Shown here in pieces: positions 38,873-47,620 of a stretch of DNA of 64,000 nt. The DNA lies in the sequence record MG655269.1; one strand, given 5' to 3'. The notes below the pieces were generated by a model, which saw nothing but the letters and a program-made list of their open reading frames with translations, did not search any database and was not told the origin of the DNA. The translations under genes and the position numbers were made by a program. Within the stretch, counting starts at the first letter, position 1; every line of letters begins with the position of its first letter.

Positions 38873-39457
38873 ATGAACTACATCTACCGGGCAAACGGCC
38901 ATTTATTTGTGTTGCTCTACCACATTCCAGTTCTTGATGTCGATCCAAATAAAATGACCCATTGGGAACGGGTATTGCATTACCGTCCCTTAACGATTGC
39001 CCTCGGGGCTGAAGAAACAGCGGCGGTCGCATTCATGCCCGTTCATCTCGAACTGAGTGGCTGGTCAATGACAACCGATGAAGGTGAGTTCTACGACGGC
39101 ATCTATGTGATCTGGGAGGGTAAACTCTATCTAACACAGAACGATGAAATGTGTTTGATAGAAGAAATCCCTGCCCTGTTTCACAACCTGATGCCAAGTG
39201 CTTATCATCAGCAAATGGTGCGTTACACTCAACCGTTTGAGTTCATCAACGGGCTCGACCATCGTAAGTTACGCTCGCTAAAAGCGACAGCCGAAACCGC
39301 CAACAGTTTCCTGCGTATGATGGATCGGTTTGAACAAGCGGTTGAGTGCCATTACATCAATGAACGCACCAACCTCATGGCGTCCACCGAAATGCCCTTG
39401 AGCTTTATTCCGCGCCAACGTGGTGCTGCTATTAACGAACCTATCGTCTTACATTAA
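38873..39457 (+). CDS. Hypothetical protein
   Basis: 194 aa, GAGGT RBS. Confidence 0.75.
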   Translation: MNYIYRANGHLFVLLYHIPVLDVDPNKMTHWERVLHYRPLTIALGAEETAAVAFMPVHLELSGWSMTTDEGEFYDGIYVIWEGKLYLTQNDEMCLIEEIPALFHNLMPSAYHQQMVRYTQPFEFINGLDHRKLRSLKATAETANSFLRMMDRFEQAVECHYINERTNLMASTEMPLSFIPRQRGAAINEPIVLH

Positions 39458-39468
39458 CGGAGCCAGTC

Positions 39469-39921
39469 ATGTCAGAACAAAAACCCCTTATCCCGTTTCT
39501 CCACTTCCAGATCGATGCATTCCGTAATTACCTGGTCGCTAATGATCTGACCCCGTACGCCGTCTTTACCTTACCTAAAGGTCTGGACCCGGTACTGGAT
39601 CGCTACACCGATCCTGCCAGTGGTCAGCTGATCCTTAACCTCAGCCCTAACTCTTGTGGTCACTACGAGATCACTGATGATGGTTATATGGTTCTGCATC
39701 AGCGTTTCTCGGGTAAAGCCCACGAAGCGTTCCTGCCGGTCCAACACCTGCTGGCCATGTATGCGCGTGAACGTCAAGACCAGGCCATGGTCTTTGCCGA
39801 CATCGAGCACACCTGCGATGATGATGTGAAATTTGTTGAAGATGAGACTGTGCCGGAAGTGGATGACACTAACGTAACAGCCCTGCCCTTCAAGAAACCC
39901 ACATTAACGGTAGTCAAGTAA
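39469..39921 (+). CDS. sspB: ClpXP protease specificity-enhancing factor (SspB adaptor)
   Basis: LVANDLTP, LILNLSPNS, RFSGK, LAMYARE core; acidic linker; C-terminal KPTLTVVK like the E. coli ClpX-binding PALRVVK. Confidence 0.9.
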   Translation: MSEQKPLIPFLHFQIDAFRNYLVANDLTPYAVFTLPKGLDPVLDRYTDPASGQLILNLSPNSCGHYEITDDGYMVLHQRFSGKAHEAFLPVQHLLAMYARERQDQAMVFADIEHTCDDDVKFVEDETVPEVDDTNVTALPFKKPTLTVVK

Positions 39922-39927
39922 ATTCTA

Positions 39928-39984
39928 TGACTGCGGTTGCGTTCGGTGAGCTTGCCTTTGTACGGTATTGAAGTTCAGCAGTCG
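39928..39984 (+). ncRNA. Possible degenerate, T-arm-less tRNA-like element (UGU anticodon loop)
   Basis: GACTGC/GCAGTC closing stem, D-arm-like TTGCGTTCGGTGAGC, TGCC-TTTGTAC-GGTA arm; no CCA and no full T-arm. Confidence 0.2.
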
Positions 39985-40001
39985 GGTGGCATTTGCCACC
40001 C
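39984..40001 (+). terminator. Hairpin downstream of sspB
   Basis: GGGTGGC-ATTT-GCCACCC then TTCT; T-rich tract further on. Confidence 0.5.
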
Positions 40002-40044
40002 TTCTATACACAGCTTCTTTATTTTTTGTCGAAAAATAATCAGA

Positions 40045-40054
40045 CCTACATTAC
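40045..40054 (+). promoter_or_regulatory. Candidate early promoter core CCTACATTAC
   Basis: TCAGACCTACATTACGT matches TCAGACCTATATCACGT at 58578-58594 (15/17). Confidence 0.45.
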
Positions 40055-40107
40055 GTATAGGCTACAGCTAGTCTGTTGTAATTCGCATCACTAAGGCTAG
40101 GTTTACT

Positions 40108-40404
40108 ATGTCACTCATTTGCGTTGATCATCTTGTGGCGGCTTGCGCTACATTTGTTCTGCTGTTGGTGCTGGAGCGCATCATTCACAGAGACGAACCC
40201 GACCACACCCTGATTGAACTGCTTATTACCGCCTTCGGCATTTCAATCAGCATTCCCATCACTGTCGGTATGATTATGCTGACTTACGTGATTCTATTGA
40301 TCCGTAAGCAACCCAACGCCTTAACCAGGGCGAGCTATTTCCCGGTGGAGATCCTGCGTCTTATTACCCGCAATCGCTTCAGGCGAAAACCCTCTATTCT
40401 CTAA
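40108..40404 (+). CDS. Small membrane protein (2 TM)
   Basis: Two hydrophobic segments and a basic C-terminus. Confidence 0.65.
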   Translation: MSLICVDHLVAACATFVLLLVLERIIHRDEPDHTLIELLITAFGISISIPITVGMIMLTYVILLIRKQPNALTRASYFPVEILRLITRNRFRRKPSIL

Positions 40405-40414
40405 CTTACTTCTG

Positions 40415-40444
40415 GGGTGAGTGAAAACTCACCCTTTATGCCGG
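40415..40444 (+). terminator. Hairpin (GAAA loop) + TTTATGCCGG element
   Basis: GGGTGAGT-GAAA-ACTCACCC then TTTATGCCGG. Confidence 0.8.
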
Positions 40445-40505
40445 CGTGTTTAAAACAACTAAACTGCGCCATTATTTAGACACCGTTAATTAAAGGAATA
40501 CTGTT

Positions 40506-41057
40506 ATGTCTGTTGTCGACAAATTCAAGAACTGGAAAGCGAACAAGCGCATCGCGTTGCTCGAAGAACTGCTCGAGGTTCACTACTCAATCGGCGATGT
40601 GGTGAGTTACCCAGATCCACCGGCGTTCGAAGTCTGCTGGCATGACACACCGGACTCGATTCACCGGGCACGCTGGACAGGTGTGGCTGAAGCCACCGGC
40701 ATGACGTATGACGATTTCTTCAAAGCCACGCGCGTAGGTCAGCTGCACGATACCTCAAACGTTGAAATCACCGGTGAACAAGAAGTCGCGGATATGCAAA
40801 CCCAGGGTTGCTATGCCTTCTGTAACTGGCTGACGAATGAGATCCACATCTGGCTGGGTGATCTGCCGTATGATGACCCGCGCACGGAAGAGATCCTGCA
40901 CACCATGATCGCCAGTGAGATCGCGCACCTCACCCCCAACCGTCATCGTAATGAACAGCTGGAAATGTACCGGGCAATGCAGTATGCCGTGGTAGCGCGT
41001 TCTGCCAAAGCAGTACTGGTTGATGCACTGGGCCTGCTGAAAGGAAAACAGGTATGA
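40506..41057 (+). CDS. Hypothetical protein, zincin-like with a degenerate SEIAH motif
   Basis: 183 aa; EIHIW...IASEIAHL; AAGGA RBS. Confidence 0.7.
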   Translation: MSVVDKFKNWKANKRIALLEELLEVHYSIGDVVSYPDPPAFEVCWHDTPDSIHRARWTGVAEATGMTYDDFFKATRVGQLHDTSNVEITGEQEVADMQTQGCYAFCNWLTNEIHIWLGDLPYDDPRTEEILHTMIASEIAHLTPNRHRNEQLEMYRAMQYAVVARSAKAVLVDALGLLKGKQV

Positions 41058-41371
41058 AGAAGGAGCTCTTCACGGTTGTTACCATTGCGGGTGAAGTTAA
41101 AACCCCGATCACGGTGTTTGTTCCGGAGCACGACTACGATATCAATCAACGGGTAGATCTGGTGGCTGCGTGTTATGACCGTCGCCACAAACAAACACCC
41201 ATCAGCAAAGAACACAAAGCATTGGTTACTGACTTACTGGCGCAGATGCGCGAGAAGCTTAACACCGCGATTACACTCGGGGAAGATGTTGTGCTGGTCT
41301 CAGGCGATGTCTCATTGAAGTACCGGGTTTACCTCAGTACTTTTAAAGGAACGACCTATGTTGAGACATGA
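41054..41371 (+). CDS. Hypothetical protein (tandem paralogue A)
   Basis: ELFTVVTIAGEVKTPI resembles ELITSVAVNGKEYSPI of the next gene. Confidence 0.75.
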   Translation: MKKELFTVVTIAGEVKTPITVFVPEHDYDINQRVDLVAACYDRRHKQTPISKEHKALVTDLLAQMREKLNTAITLGEDVVLVSGDVSLKYRVYLSTFKGTTYVET

Positions 41372-41672
41372 GTTGATTACTTCAGTAGCAGTCAACGGCA
41401 AGGAGTATTCGCCGATTGTCTGTCCACTGGCTAAAGGACCGGATTACAGCCGGGCGTTTGGTGCGTTGCATAAAGCGTATCGGGATGCTGCGACTTACGG
41501 CAGTCAGATCATCACGGAGCCGTATGTCAAAACCATTTGCGGGTTGATCGACCAAATCCAAACTGATCTGGCATCTGGTGTCGATTTCACCGAGACCCGT
41601 AAAGTCAGTGACGGTGAAGTGGCAATCAGTTATCACATCACCGTTCGCACACTTCCGCGCCACGGCAGTTAA
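41358..41672 (+). CDS. Hypothetical protein (tandem paralogue B)
   Basis: 104 aa, AAGGA RBS, overlaps the previous gene. Confidence 0.75.
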   Translation: MLRHELITSVAVNGKEYSPIVCPLAKGPDYSRAFGALHKAYRDAATYGSQIITEPYVKTICGLIDQIQTDLASGVDFTETRKVSDGEVAISYHITVRTLPRHGS

Positions 41673-41680
41673 TTACCTAG

Positions 41681-41713
41681 CCCAATCAGTGCAGCCGCTG
41701 GTTGGGTTTTCTT
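41681..41713 (+). terminator. Intrinsic terminator
   Basis: CCCAATCAGTG-CAGC-CGCTGGTTGGG (with G-U pairs) then TTTTCTT. Confidence 0.65.
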
Positions 41714-41738
41714 ACGCTTCATTATAAAGGAAGACATC

Positions 41739-42368
41739 ATGGGTTGGTTTAATAAACAGAAAGCTACACCGGTAGCTGAAGACACTCCCACGACAGACAA
41801 GCAAGACAGTGCCGACTACCCGTGGGGTGCAACGTATCGCCAACGGCTAATGACACATGCTCGTTCATTATTGACTGTTGATGAACAACAACCCCTGCGT
41901 TCTGGCGAAGCCGGTAAGTTGATCGTTTTTAACGGCGTGGGTTTCTTGATCCGGGGTGAATCGGCCAACATTCCTGATTTGGCTTACATGCACTATCTGG
42001 AAGAAATGTGGAACTGGTTGTTGCGCTGTAATGGAATCGAGCAAAAGCACGGTGGTGTCGTGCCTCGGGCTGAGGTGATTCGCCGTTACGATATCGGCGG
42101 GGTAGCTGAAGGGTGTGGCTATACCGTTGGGTCGCTGGAACCAATCGTACCGGCCTATACTGCCAGTAGCCTGCGTCACCGTAATGCTGCAGACGGTCTG
42201 CATTTACTCAAAACCCTGCAGGACGTGATTCCGGTCACGGACATGCTGATGATTAGTGAACATGAGAAAGAGCTGATCCGCAATATAGAGAACTTGGGGA
42301 TGAAATTGGTTTCAACTCCACTCAGTCACGCCGGTCAGATATTTAGCCGAATCCGCTTTAAGGACTGA
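41739..42368 (+). CDS. Hypothetical protein
   Basis: 209 aa, AAGGA RBS. Confidence 0.75.
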   Translation: MGWFNKQKATPVAEDTPTTDKQDSADYPWGATYRQRLMTHARSLLTVDEQQPLRSGEAGKLIVFNGVGFLIRGESANIPDLAYMHYLEEMWNWLLRCNGIEQKHGGVVPRAEVIRRYDIGGVAEGCGYTVGSLEPIVPAYTASSLRHRNAADGLHLLKTLQDVIPVTDMLMISEHEKELIRNIENLGMKLVSTPLSHAGQIFSRIRFKD

Positions 42369-42373
42369 CACCG

Positions 42374-43483
42374 ATGATCTATCTGGTCTGGATTCTGATT
42401 CCATCCTTGCTACTGGTGCTGTTGTCCAAAGCCGTGTTCCCGCATCACATCACCTTTAAAGAGTGGTCGCTGCAGGGCGTGGCAGTTGTAGTGGGGACGG
42501 CGTTGTCTGTCTTGATACTCTATATCACTACAACGGGGATGAGTATCGATCATGAAGTCTGGAATGGCTCTGTGATCTCCAAAGCGCCGGTGCACGTCTC
42601 CTGTACACACGAACACCAATGTGGCGAGACGTGTTCTACCGACAGTAAAGGTAAGAAACACTGTACGCCGATCTATTGTCCGGACCATGCCTTTGATGTT
42701 GATTGGGATGTCAAGACAACAGTCGGAACGTTTACCATTGATCGCGTGGCGTTTGACCGTCAGGGATTACGGGAACCTAAGCGCTTTACGGCGGTACAGA
42801 TTGGCGAACCGGCAGCAGCAGAGAAGTACACCCGCAATTACCTGTTGCTCGACAGTGACCGCTTTAAAGCCTCAGAAGGGGTGATGGAGAAGTATAAAGG
42901 ACGGATACCGGATTATCCCTCCACTTATGACTATTACCGTTTTAACCGGGTAGTCAACACCACCAAGGATGATTTCAATTACATCAACGATTACCTGAAT
43001 AAGGAACTGATTACACTCGGCGCACAAAAACAACTCAACATTGTCGTGGTAATAACCGACAAGAGTAAAGACTTCTATGAAGCCCTCCGTGAATCCTGGG
43101 ACGGTGCCCGTAAGAACGATGTGATACTCGTCTACGGCATTGACAAGGAACATCATGTGAACTGGTTTAAAGCCGATGCGTTTGCAGACGGGCAGTCAAA
43201 TATGTCGATGATCAAAACACTGAACTCGACGGCTCTTGACCGCACTCTTGATGCTGACCTCGTGCATGAACAACTTCACGTGATCCAGGAGCGTTTTAAT
43301 AGACTGCCTAATAAAACCTTCGAATACCTTAATGAAGATTTCACCCCACCGATGTGGGCGATCATCATGACGGTACTCATTAACCTGCTACTCAATATTG
43401 GCGTGACCTGGTTCATGGTAAAAAATGAAATGGGCGAATACGCATTCATGAATGATAAAGGAAGAAGAAATGCAAGATGGTAA
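42374..43483 (+). CDS. Membrane protein with a periplasmic Cys-rich and TPM-like domain (LemA partner)
   Basis: 2 N-terminal TMs, C-x-H-x-H-x-C...C...C..C segment, LNIVVV...W.GARKNDVILV (TPM/DUF477-like), C-terminal TM. Confidence 0.6.
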   Translation: MIYLVWILIPSLLLVLLSKAVFPHHITFKEWSLQGVAVVVGTALSVLILYITTTGMSIDHEVWNGSVISKAPVHVSCTHEHQCGETCSTDSKGKKHCTPIYCPDHAFDVDWDVKTTVGTFTIDRVAFDRQGLREPKRFTAVQIGEPAAAEKYTRNYLLLDSDRFKASEGVMEKYKGRIPDYPSTYDYYRFNRVVNTTKDDFNYINDYLNKELITLGAQKQLNIVVVITDKSKDFYEALRESWDGARKNDVILVYGIDKEHHVNWFKADAFADGQSNMSMIKTLNSTALDRTLDADLVHEQLHVIQERFNRLPNKTFEYLNEDFTPPMWAIIMTVLINLLLNIGVTWFMVKNEMGEYAFMNDKGRRNARW

Positions 43484-44060
43484 GAAAGGCCTATCTACTG
43501 GTGCTCTTGTGGGCGTCGTCGCTGTTGGTTTCCTGGTACTGGTCCTGGCCATAGCCGGTTCGATCTTTATGGGTTATGTCTCGGCATCGAACGAAGGGGT
43601 GCGATCTGAAAGCCGCATTGAACAGCTGAACAAAGACTCCGAGAACGTGCTGTCGACCTCAACGATCAAGATCAAGAACATGGCTCAGATTCCGGGCATG
43701 TATGTGAAAGATCTTAAAGAGGTGATCAGGGCGACCTTTGAAGGGCGTTATGGTAAAGATGGGTCGAAAGCCGTAGTGCAGTTTATTCAGGAACAAAACC
43801 AGCAGGTCGATTCCAAACTGTACCTGAACATTCAAAATGAGATGGCAGCTGGTCAGGATGAGTTTCGTATTGCGCAGAGCAACAAGCTTGCAGCATGTCG
43901 TAATTATGAAAACAGCCTGGGTTATTTCTGGAAAGGTATGTTCTTGAAGTGGGCGGGCTATCCGAAGAAAGACCTGAGCAAACTCTGCCAGGTGGTATCG
44001 GATGATCAAACGCAAGAAGCGTTTAAGACCGGCAAGCAAAAGACCATCGAGCTGAACTAA
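43470..44060 (+). CDS. LemA-family protein
   Basis: N-terminal TM, helical bundle, YLNIQNEMAAGQDEF...YEN; start refined to ATG 43470. Confidence 0.6.
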   Translation: MQDGKKGLSTGALVGVVAVGFLVLVLAIAGSIFMGYVSASNEGVRSESRIEQLNKDSENVLSTSTIKIKNMAQIPGMYVKDLKEVIRATFEGRYGKDGSKAVVQFIQEQNQQVDSKLYLNIQNEMAAGQDEFRIAQSNKLAACRNYENSLGYFWKGMFLKWAGYPKKDLSKLCQVVSDDQTQEAFKTGKQKTIELN

Positions 44061-44100
44061 CTCACCATCGGACAGGGATGTCCTTTTAATGGAGGTCGTC

Positions 44101-44445
44101 ATGCCTTTTATTCGATTCAAAGCAAAAGAGATTAAACATACTGCGGAAGCCGTAACAAGCCTTAAGCGGTTCTTTGGTCTGATTGATAAAAACATTGATG
44201 CCGTTAAGATTGTCCAGGCATTTCAAACGGTCGATACCCGCAACGAACCATTGCTGGAAAACTCGTTGTTGATTATCACACGGATGCCAGACGGGACAAA
44301 ACGTCACACTCATATCTGGAACTCGAAGTTCAAAGAAGAACTCGCTGCATTTAAACCTGAACTGGTTGGTGAAGTCCGATCGTTCAGACTCGATTATCAG
44401 TTGTATATGGACGGCGACGAGGATAACCCCCTTAAGCGGTTCTAA
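44101..44445 (+). CDS. Hypothetical protein
   Basis: GGAGG RBS, ATG 44101. Confidence 0.75.
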   Translation: MPFIRFKAKEIKHTAEAVTSLKRFFGLIDKNIDAVKIVQAFQTVDTRNEPLLENSLLIITRMPDGTKRHTHIWNSKFKEELAAFKPELVGEVRSFRLDYQLYMDGDEDNPLKRF

Positions 44446-44455
44446 GGAATCTAAA

Positions 44456-44978
44456 ATGAAAGGTACGTTGGTTGAGCATCTTGCCAGTCGTGGCTATGAT
44501 GTTGCACGGTATAAAACGCAGTGGCTGACAGACACCCAGTTGACTGTTCCATTGTTCGACTTCGATCACAAACTCAAAGGGTATCAGGTTTATACACCTG
44601 ATGCACCTAAGCATGCCGCTAACCCAAAAGAAGCACGTTACTTTACACGTGGTCTAGGTAAGCAGTTGGTGTGGGGTCTGGAGTTGGAAATTAGTATTAA
44701 CAACCAACAGATTACCAACCGTATTCTTAACTGAATCGGTTTTCAAGGCCTGTGCACTACATCGCTTAGGATTGAACGCCTGGTCTGTTTTAGGTTCTAC
44801 GGTATCTGACCCACTCTATCACCAGCTTCGCTTATTACCTGTTGACTTAGTTTGTTGCGGGGATGATGACAAAGCAGGGAAAGTATTCTCAGAAACCTTT
44901 GGTCGAGGTTTTGTGTCGCACGATCTGGATGAATTATCCCCGAAAGAATTACTCTACTTAACTGCACCGTTTTTATAA
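44456..44978 (+). pseudogene. Small Toprim/primase-like gene split by a +1 frameshift (or sequencing error)
   Basis: ORF from ATG 44456 (AAGGA RBS) reads ...LVWGLELE. The +1 frame, open 44658-44978, continues LVLTTNRLPTVFLTESVFKA...CCGDDDKAG (Toprim E and DxD motifs). Confidence 0.75.
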
Positions 44979-44989
44979 AGGTAGTTATC

Positions 44990-46228
44990 ATGTCAAACAT
45001 TATTGAATTAGAAGGCAAGCAGGTTCCCATCAAGATGTGGACGAAGTTTGTTCCGGTAGAAGAACGTGCTCAACAGCAATTACTAAACTTGAGTGAGTTA
45101 CCTTTCATCTTCAAACACCTCGCCGTGATGCCTGATGTGCACTGGGGAATGGGTGCGACCATTGGTTCGGTTATTGCGACTAAAGGTGCGATTATTCCTG
45201 CTGCTGTGGGTGTTGATATTGGTTGTGGGATGATTGCCCAACAAACCTCGCTGGTTGCTGCTGACCTACCCGATAACCTCAGTGCTTTGCGCAGTCGTAT
45301 TGAAGCAGGCATCCCGCATGGCCGTACCGATAACGGCGGTGCAAACGATCGCGGTGCTTGGGGTGATGAGTTCGCCATGGGCTTAGACGATGTGCACCGT
45401 GAAGCATTGCTGGTTCTTCAGCAACGTTTAGTGGCTATTGTGGCTAAGCACCCGAAGCTCACCAAAGCAGCCAGTAAGTTCACCAAACATACTGGCACAC
45501 TGGGTAGCGGTAACCACTTCGTTGAAATCTGTTTAGACGAAGAGCAACGCGTTTGGGTAATGTTGCATTCAGGTTCACGTGGCATCGGTAACACCATCGG
45601 TAAATACTTCATCGAGAAAGCCAAAGAAGAGATGAACCGTTTCTTCGTCCATTTAGTTGACCAAGATCTGGCGTATCTCCCAGAAGGCTCTCAGTATTAC
45701 GATGACTACCTGCAAGCGGTGCAATGGGCACAAGACTTTGCAGCGCTCAATCGTGCGGTGATGCTGAGTGCGACACTGAAGGCATTGCACAGTGCCGTGG
45801 CTAAGCCATTCACTGAAAGCACCATTGCGGTTAACTGTCACCACAACTATGTCGCAATGGAAAACCATTTTGATACCAATGTCCTGGTCACCCGTAAAGG
45901 TGCAGTGCGGGCGCGTGTAGGTGATTTGGCGATTATCCCGGGTAGTATGGGTGCAAAGTCGTTTATTGTCGAAGGGCTGGGTAACCAGGAAAGCTTCTGT
46001 TCGTGCTCGCATGGTGCTGGTCGTTTACTGTCGCGCTCAGCAGCGGTGAAACAATTTAGTCTGGAAGACCATATCCGTGATACCGAGGGTGTGGAATGTC
46101 GTAAAGATAAAGACGTCCTTGATGAAACACCGAAGGCGTATAAGTCGATTGAAGACGTGATGCGTTCACAAGACGATTTGGTGAAAATCAAATATACCCT
46201 GAAACAGATCCTTTGTGTAAAAGGTTAA
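44990..46228 (+). CDS. rtcB: RtcB RNA ligase (3'-phosphate/cyclic phosphate to 5'-OH)
   Basis: MPDVH, VGVDIGCG, GTLGSGNHFVE, HSGSRG, HHNY, TRKGA, IPGSMG, SHGAGR, DETPKAYK. Confidence 0.95.
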   Translation: MSNIIELEGKQVPIKMWTKFVPVEERAQQQLLNLSELPFIFKHLAVMPDVHWGMGATIGSVIATKGAIIPAAVGVDIGCGMIAQQTSLVAADLPDNLSALRSRIEAGIPHGRTDNGGANDRGAWGDEFAMGLDDVHREALLVLQQRLVAIVAKHPKLTKAASKFTKHTGTLGSGNHFVEICLDEEQRVWVMLHSGSRGIGNTIGKYFIEKAKEEMNRFFVHLVDQDLAYLPEGSQYYDDYLQAVQWAQDFAALNRAVMLSATLKALHSAVAKPFTESTIAVNCHHNYVAMENHFDTNVLVTRKGAVRARVGDLAIIPGSMGAKSFIVEGLGNQESFCSCSHGAGRLLSRSAAVKQFSLEDHIRDTEGVECRKDKDVLDETPKAYKSIEDVMRSQDDLVKIKYTLKQILCVKG

Positions 46229-46230
46229 TT

Positions 46231-46551
46231 ATGAACAAGAAAAAGCAAGTTACGATCTTCGTGGCGGGTGATGTCAATTCAGCTAAGACCACGGTCATTG
46301 CCATTATTGAAAAGGCGCTGAAAGAAGCGGGTCTGGATGCCAAACTGCTTGCGCATGCAGCGGCGGATGCGGAATATTTCGTTGGCGTAAAAAGCGCGTT
46401 AGAATATATTCCAGAGATCAGCGATAAGGTCGAGGTCTCCATTGAAGAACTCACCCGCCCAGCACCGACCAACGATGATGGCTCGCGCCCTGAGAGTTAT
46501 GTGGCGATCACACATAGCGCCGGCATCAAGATCCTTCCCCGTAACAGCTAG
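46231..46551 (+). CDS. Hypothetical protein with a P-loop-like motif (GDVNSAKT)
   Basis: N-terminus resembles 36537; start refined to ATG 46231. Confidence 0.7.
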   Translation: MNKKKQVTIFVAGDVNSAKTTVIAIIEKALKEAGLDAKLLAHAAADAEYFVGVKSALEYIPEISDKVEVSIEELTRPAPTNDDGSRPESYVAITHSAGIKILPRNS

Positions 46552-46556
46552 CTTCT

Positions 46557-46586
46557 AAGAGGACTTCGGTCCTCTTTTATGCCCGG
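46557..46586 (+). terminator. Hairpin (UUCG) + TTATGCCCGG element
   Basis: AAGAGGAC-TTCG-GTCCTCTT then TTATGCCCGG. Confidence 0.8.
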
Positions 46587-46629
46587 TTTAATTGTATATA
46601 GACACAGTACACATCAACCGAGGGCCATC

Positions 46630-47568
46630 ATGTTAGAGTTACTGATGTTAGGACACACCACCCAAAGCGCGGGGGGTAAGCAGGAAGACATCAAGACTGA
46701 CGTCTCGGGACTCATTGCAAAATATAGCAATGCAGGATCTATCAGCGCCTTAAATATCACCGTTGGCGCCAGCGCCGGCCTTGCAGTATATGACAACCAA
46801 TTAATCCTCATTAATCCGGGTTCGATGAGCTATTATGACATCAACACCTTTGCATTAAAGAAGAGCACAACCAACAACGTCAATATCAGCGTTAGTTTTA
46901 ACAGTGTTGCGCATCAGTCAGGCAAACATTGGTGGTTTGGTCAGGATCGTACTACCGCAGTAATTTACCATGCGGATTTAGAAACTGGGGTCATTACCAA
47001 ATACCCTACGCCACCGGTTAAGAAAGGTATGTTCTTTGCTTATAACGGCAGGCTCTGGTTAGTAGGTGGCTGGGTGGGTAGTGTTAGTAATACCACGACC
47101 ATCTACAGCATCGACTACAGCAACCCCGTGAGTTGGAGTAGCCAGCCTTTAAACACTCCATTACCTCGTCAGTTAGCGGGTGCCTCAGCCTATTTCACTA
47201 CAAATGGTTTAGTGGCGTTTGTCGGTGGCGGAGCGGTAGGTAGTTCCGGAGATACTGATGGTACAGGCTATACCAGTGTCATGCTCTTCAATCCCGATAC
47301 GTTAACCTTCACAGGCAAGACGATCTCCACACCAATGGGTGGCGGATACCACAACCCGAACTTTGTCTTCAATGATACCGCGTACCAATTTAAATACACC
47401 AACACCGGGCAGCGTTGGGCGTTAGGCGATGCCAGTCGGGAATCTAGCCTCAGTCCTGCGCCGATCATTGGCGGTTACCATAACGCATTCACCATTGCAG
47501 GTCGCGTTGCTTTCTACGGGAACAGTTACTCTACCAGTCCTGTTTATCTCTACGTTTTACCAGATTAA
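46630..47568 (+). CDS. Kelch-repeat beta-propeller protein
   Basis: GRLWLVGGW, LVAFVGGG and GG/Y/W repeats; start refined to MLELLMLG (AGGG RBS). Confidence 0.75.
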   Translation: MLELLMLGHTTQSAGGKQEDIKTDVSGLIAKYSNAGSISALNITVGASAGLAVYDNQLILINPGSMSYYDINTFALKKSTTNNVNISVSFNSVAHQSGKHWWFGQDRTTAVIYHADLETGVITKYPTPPVKKGMFFAYNGRLWLVGGWVGSVSNTTTIYSIDYSNPVSWSSQPLNTPLPRQLAGASAYFTTNGLVAFVGGGAVGSSGDTDGTGYTSVMLFNPDTLTFTGKTISTPMGGGYHNPNFVFNDTAYQFKYTNTGQRWALGDASRESSLSPAPIIGGYHNAFTIAGRVAFYGNSYSTSPVYLYVLPD

Positions 47569-47574
47569 GAACCG

Positions 47575-47603
47575 GAGAGGCGCATAGCCTCTCTCTTATG
47601 CCG
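47575..47603 (+). terminator. Hairpin + TTATGCCG element
   Basis: GAGAGGC-GCATA-GCCTCTC then TCTTATGCCG. Confidence 0.75.
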
Positions 47604-47620
47604 TCAAAAGGAAATTAACC

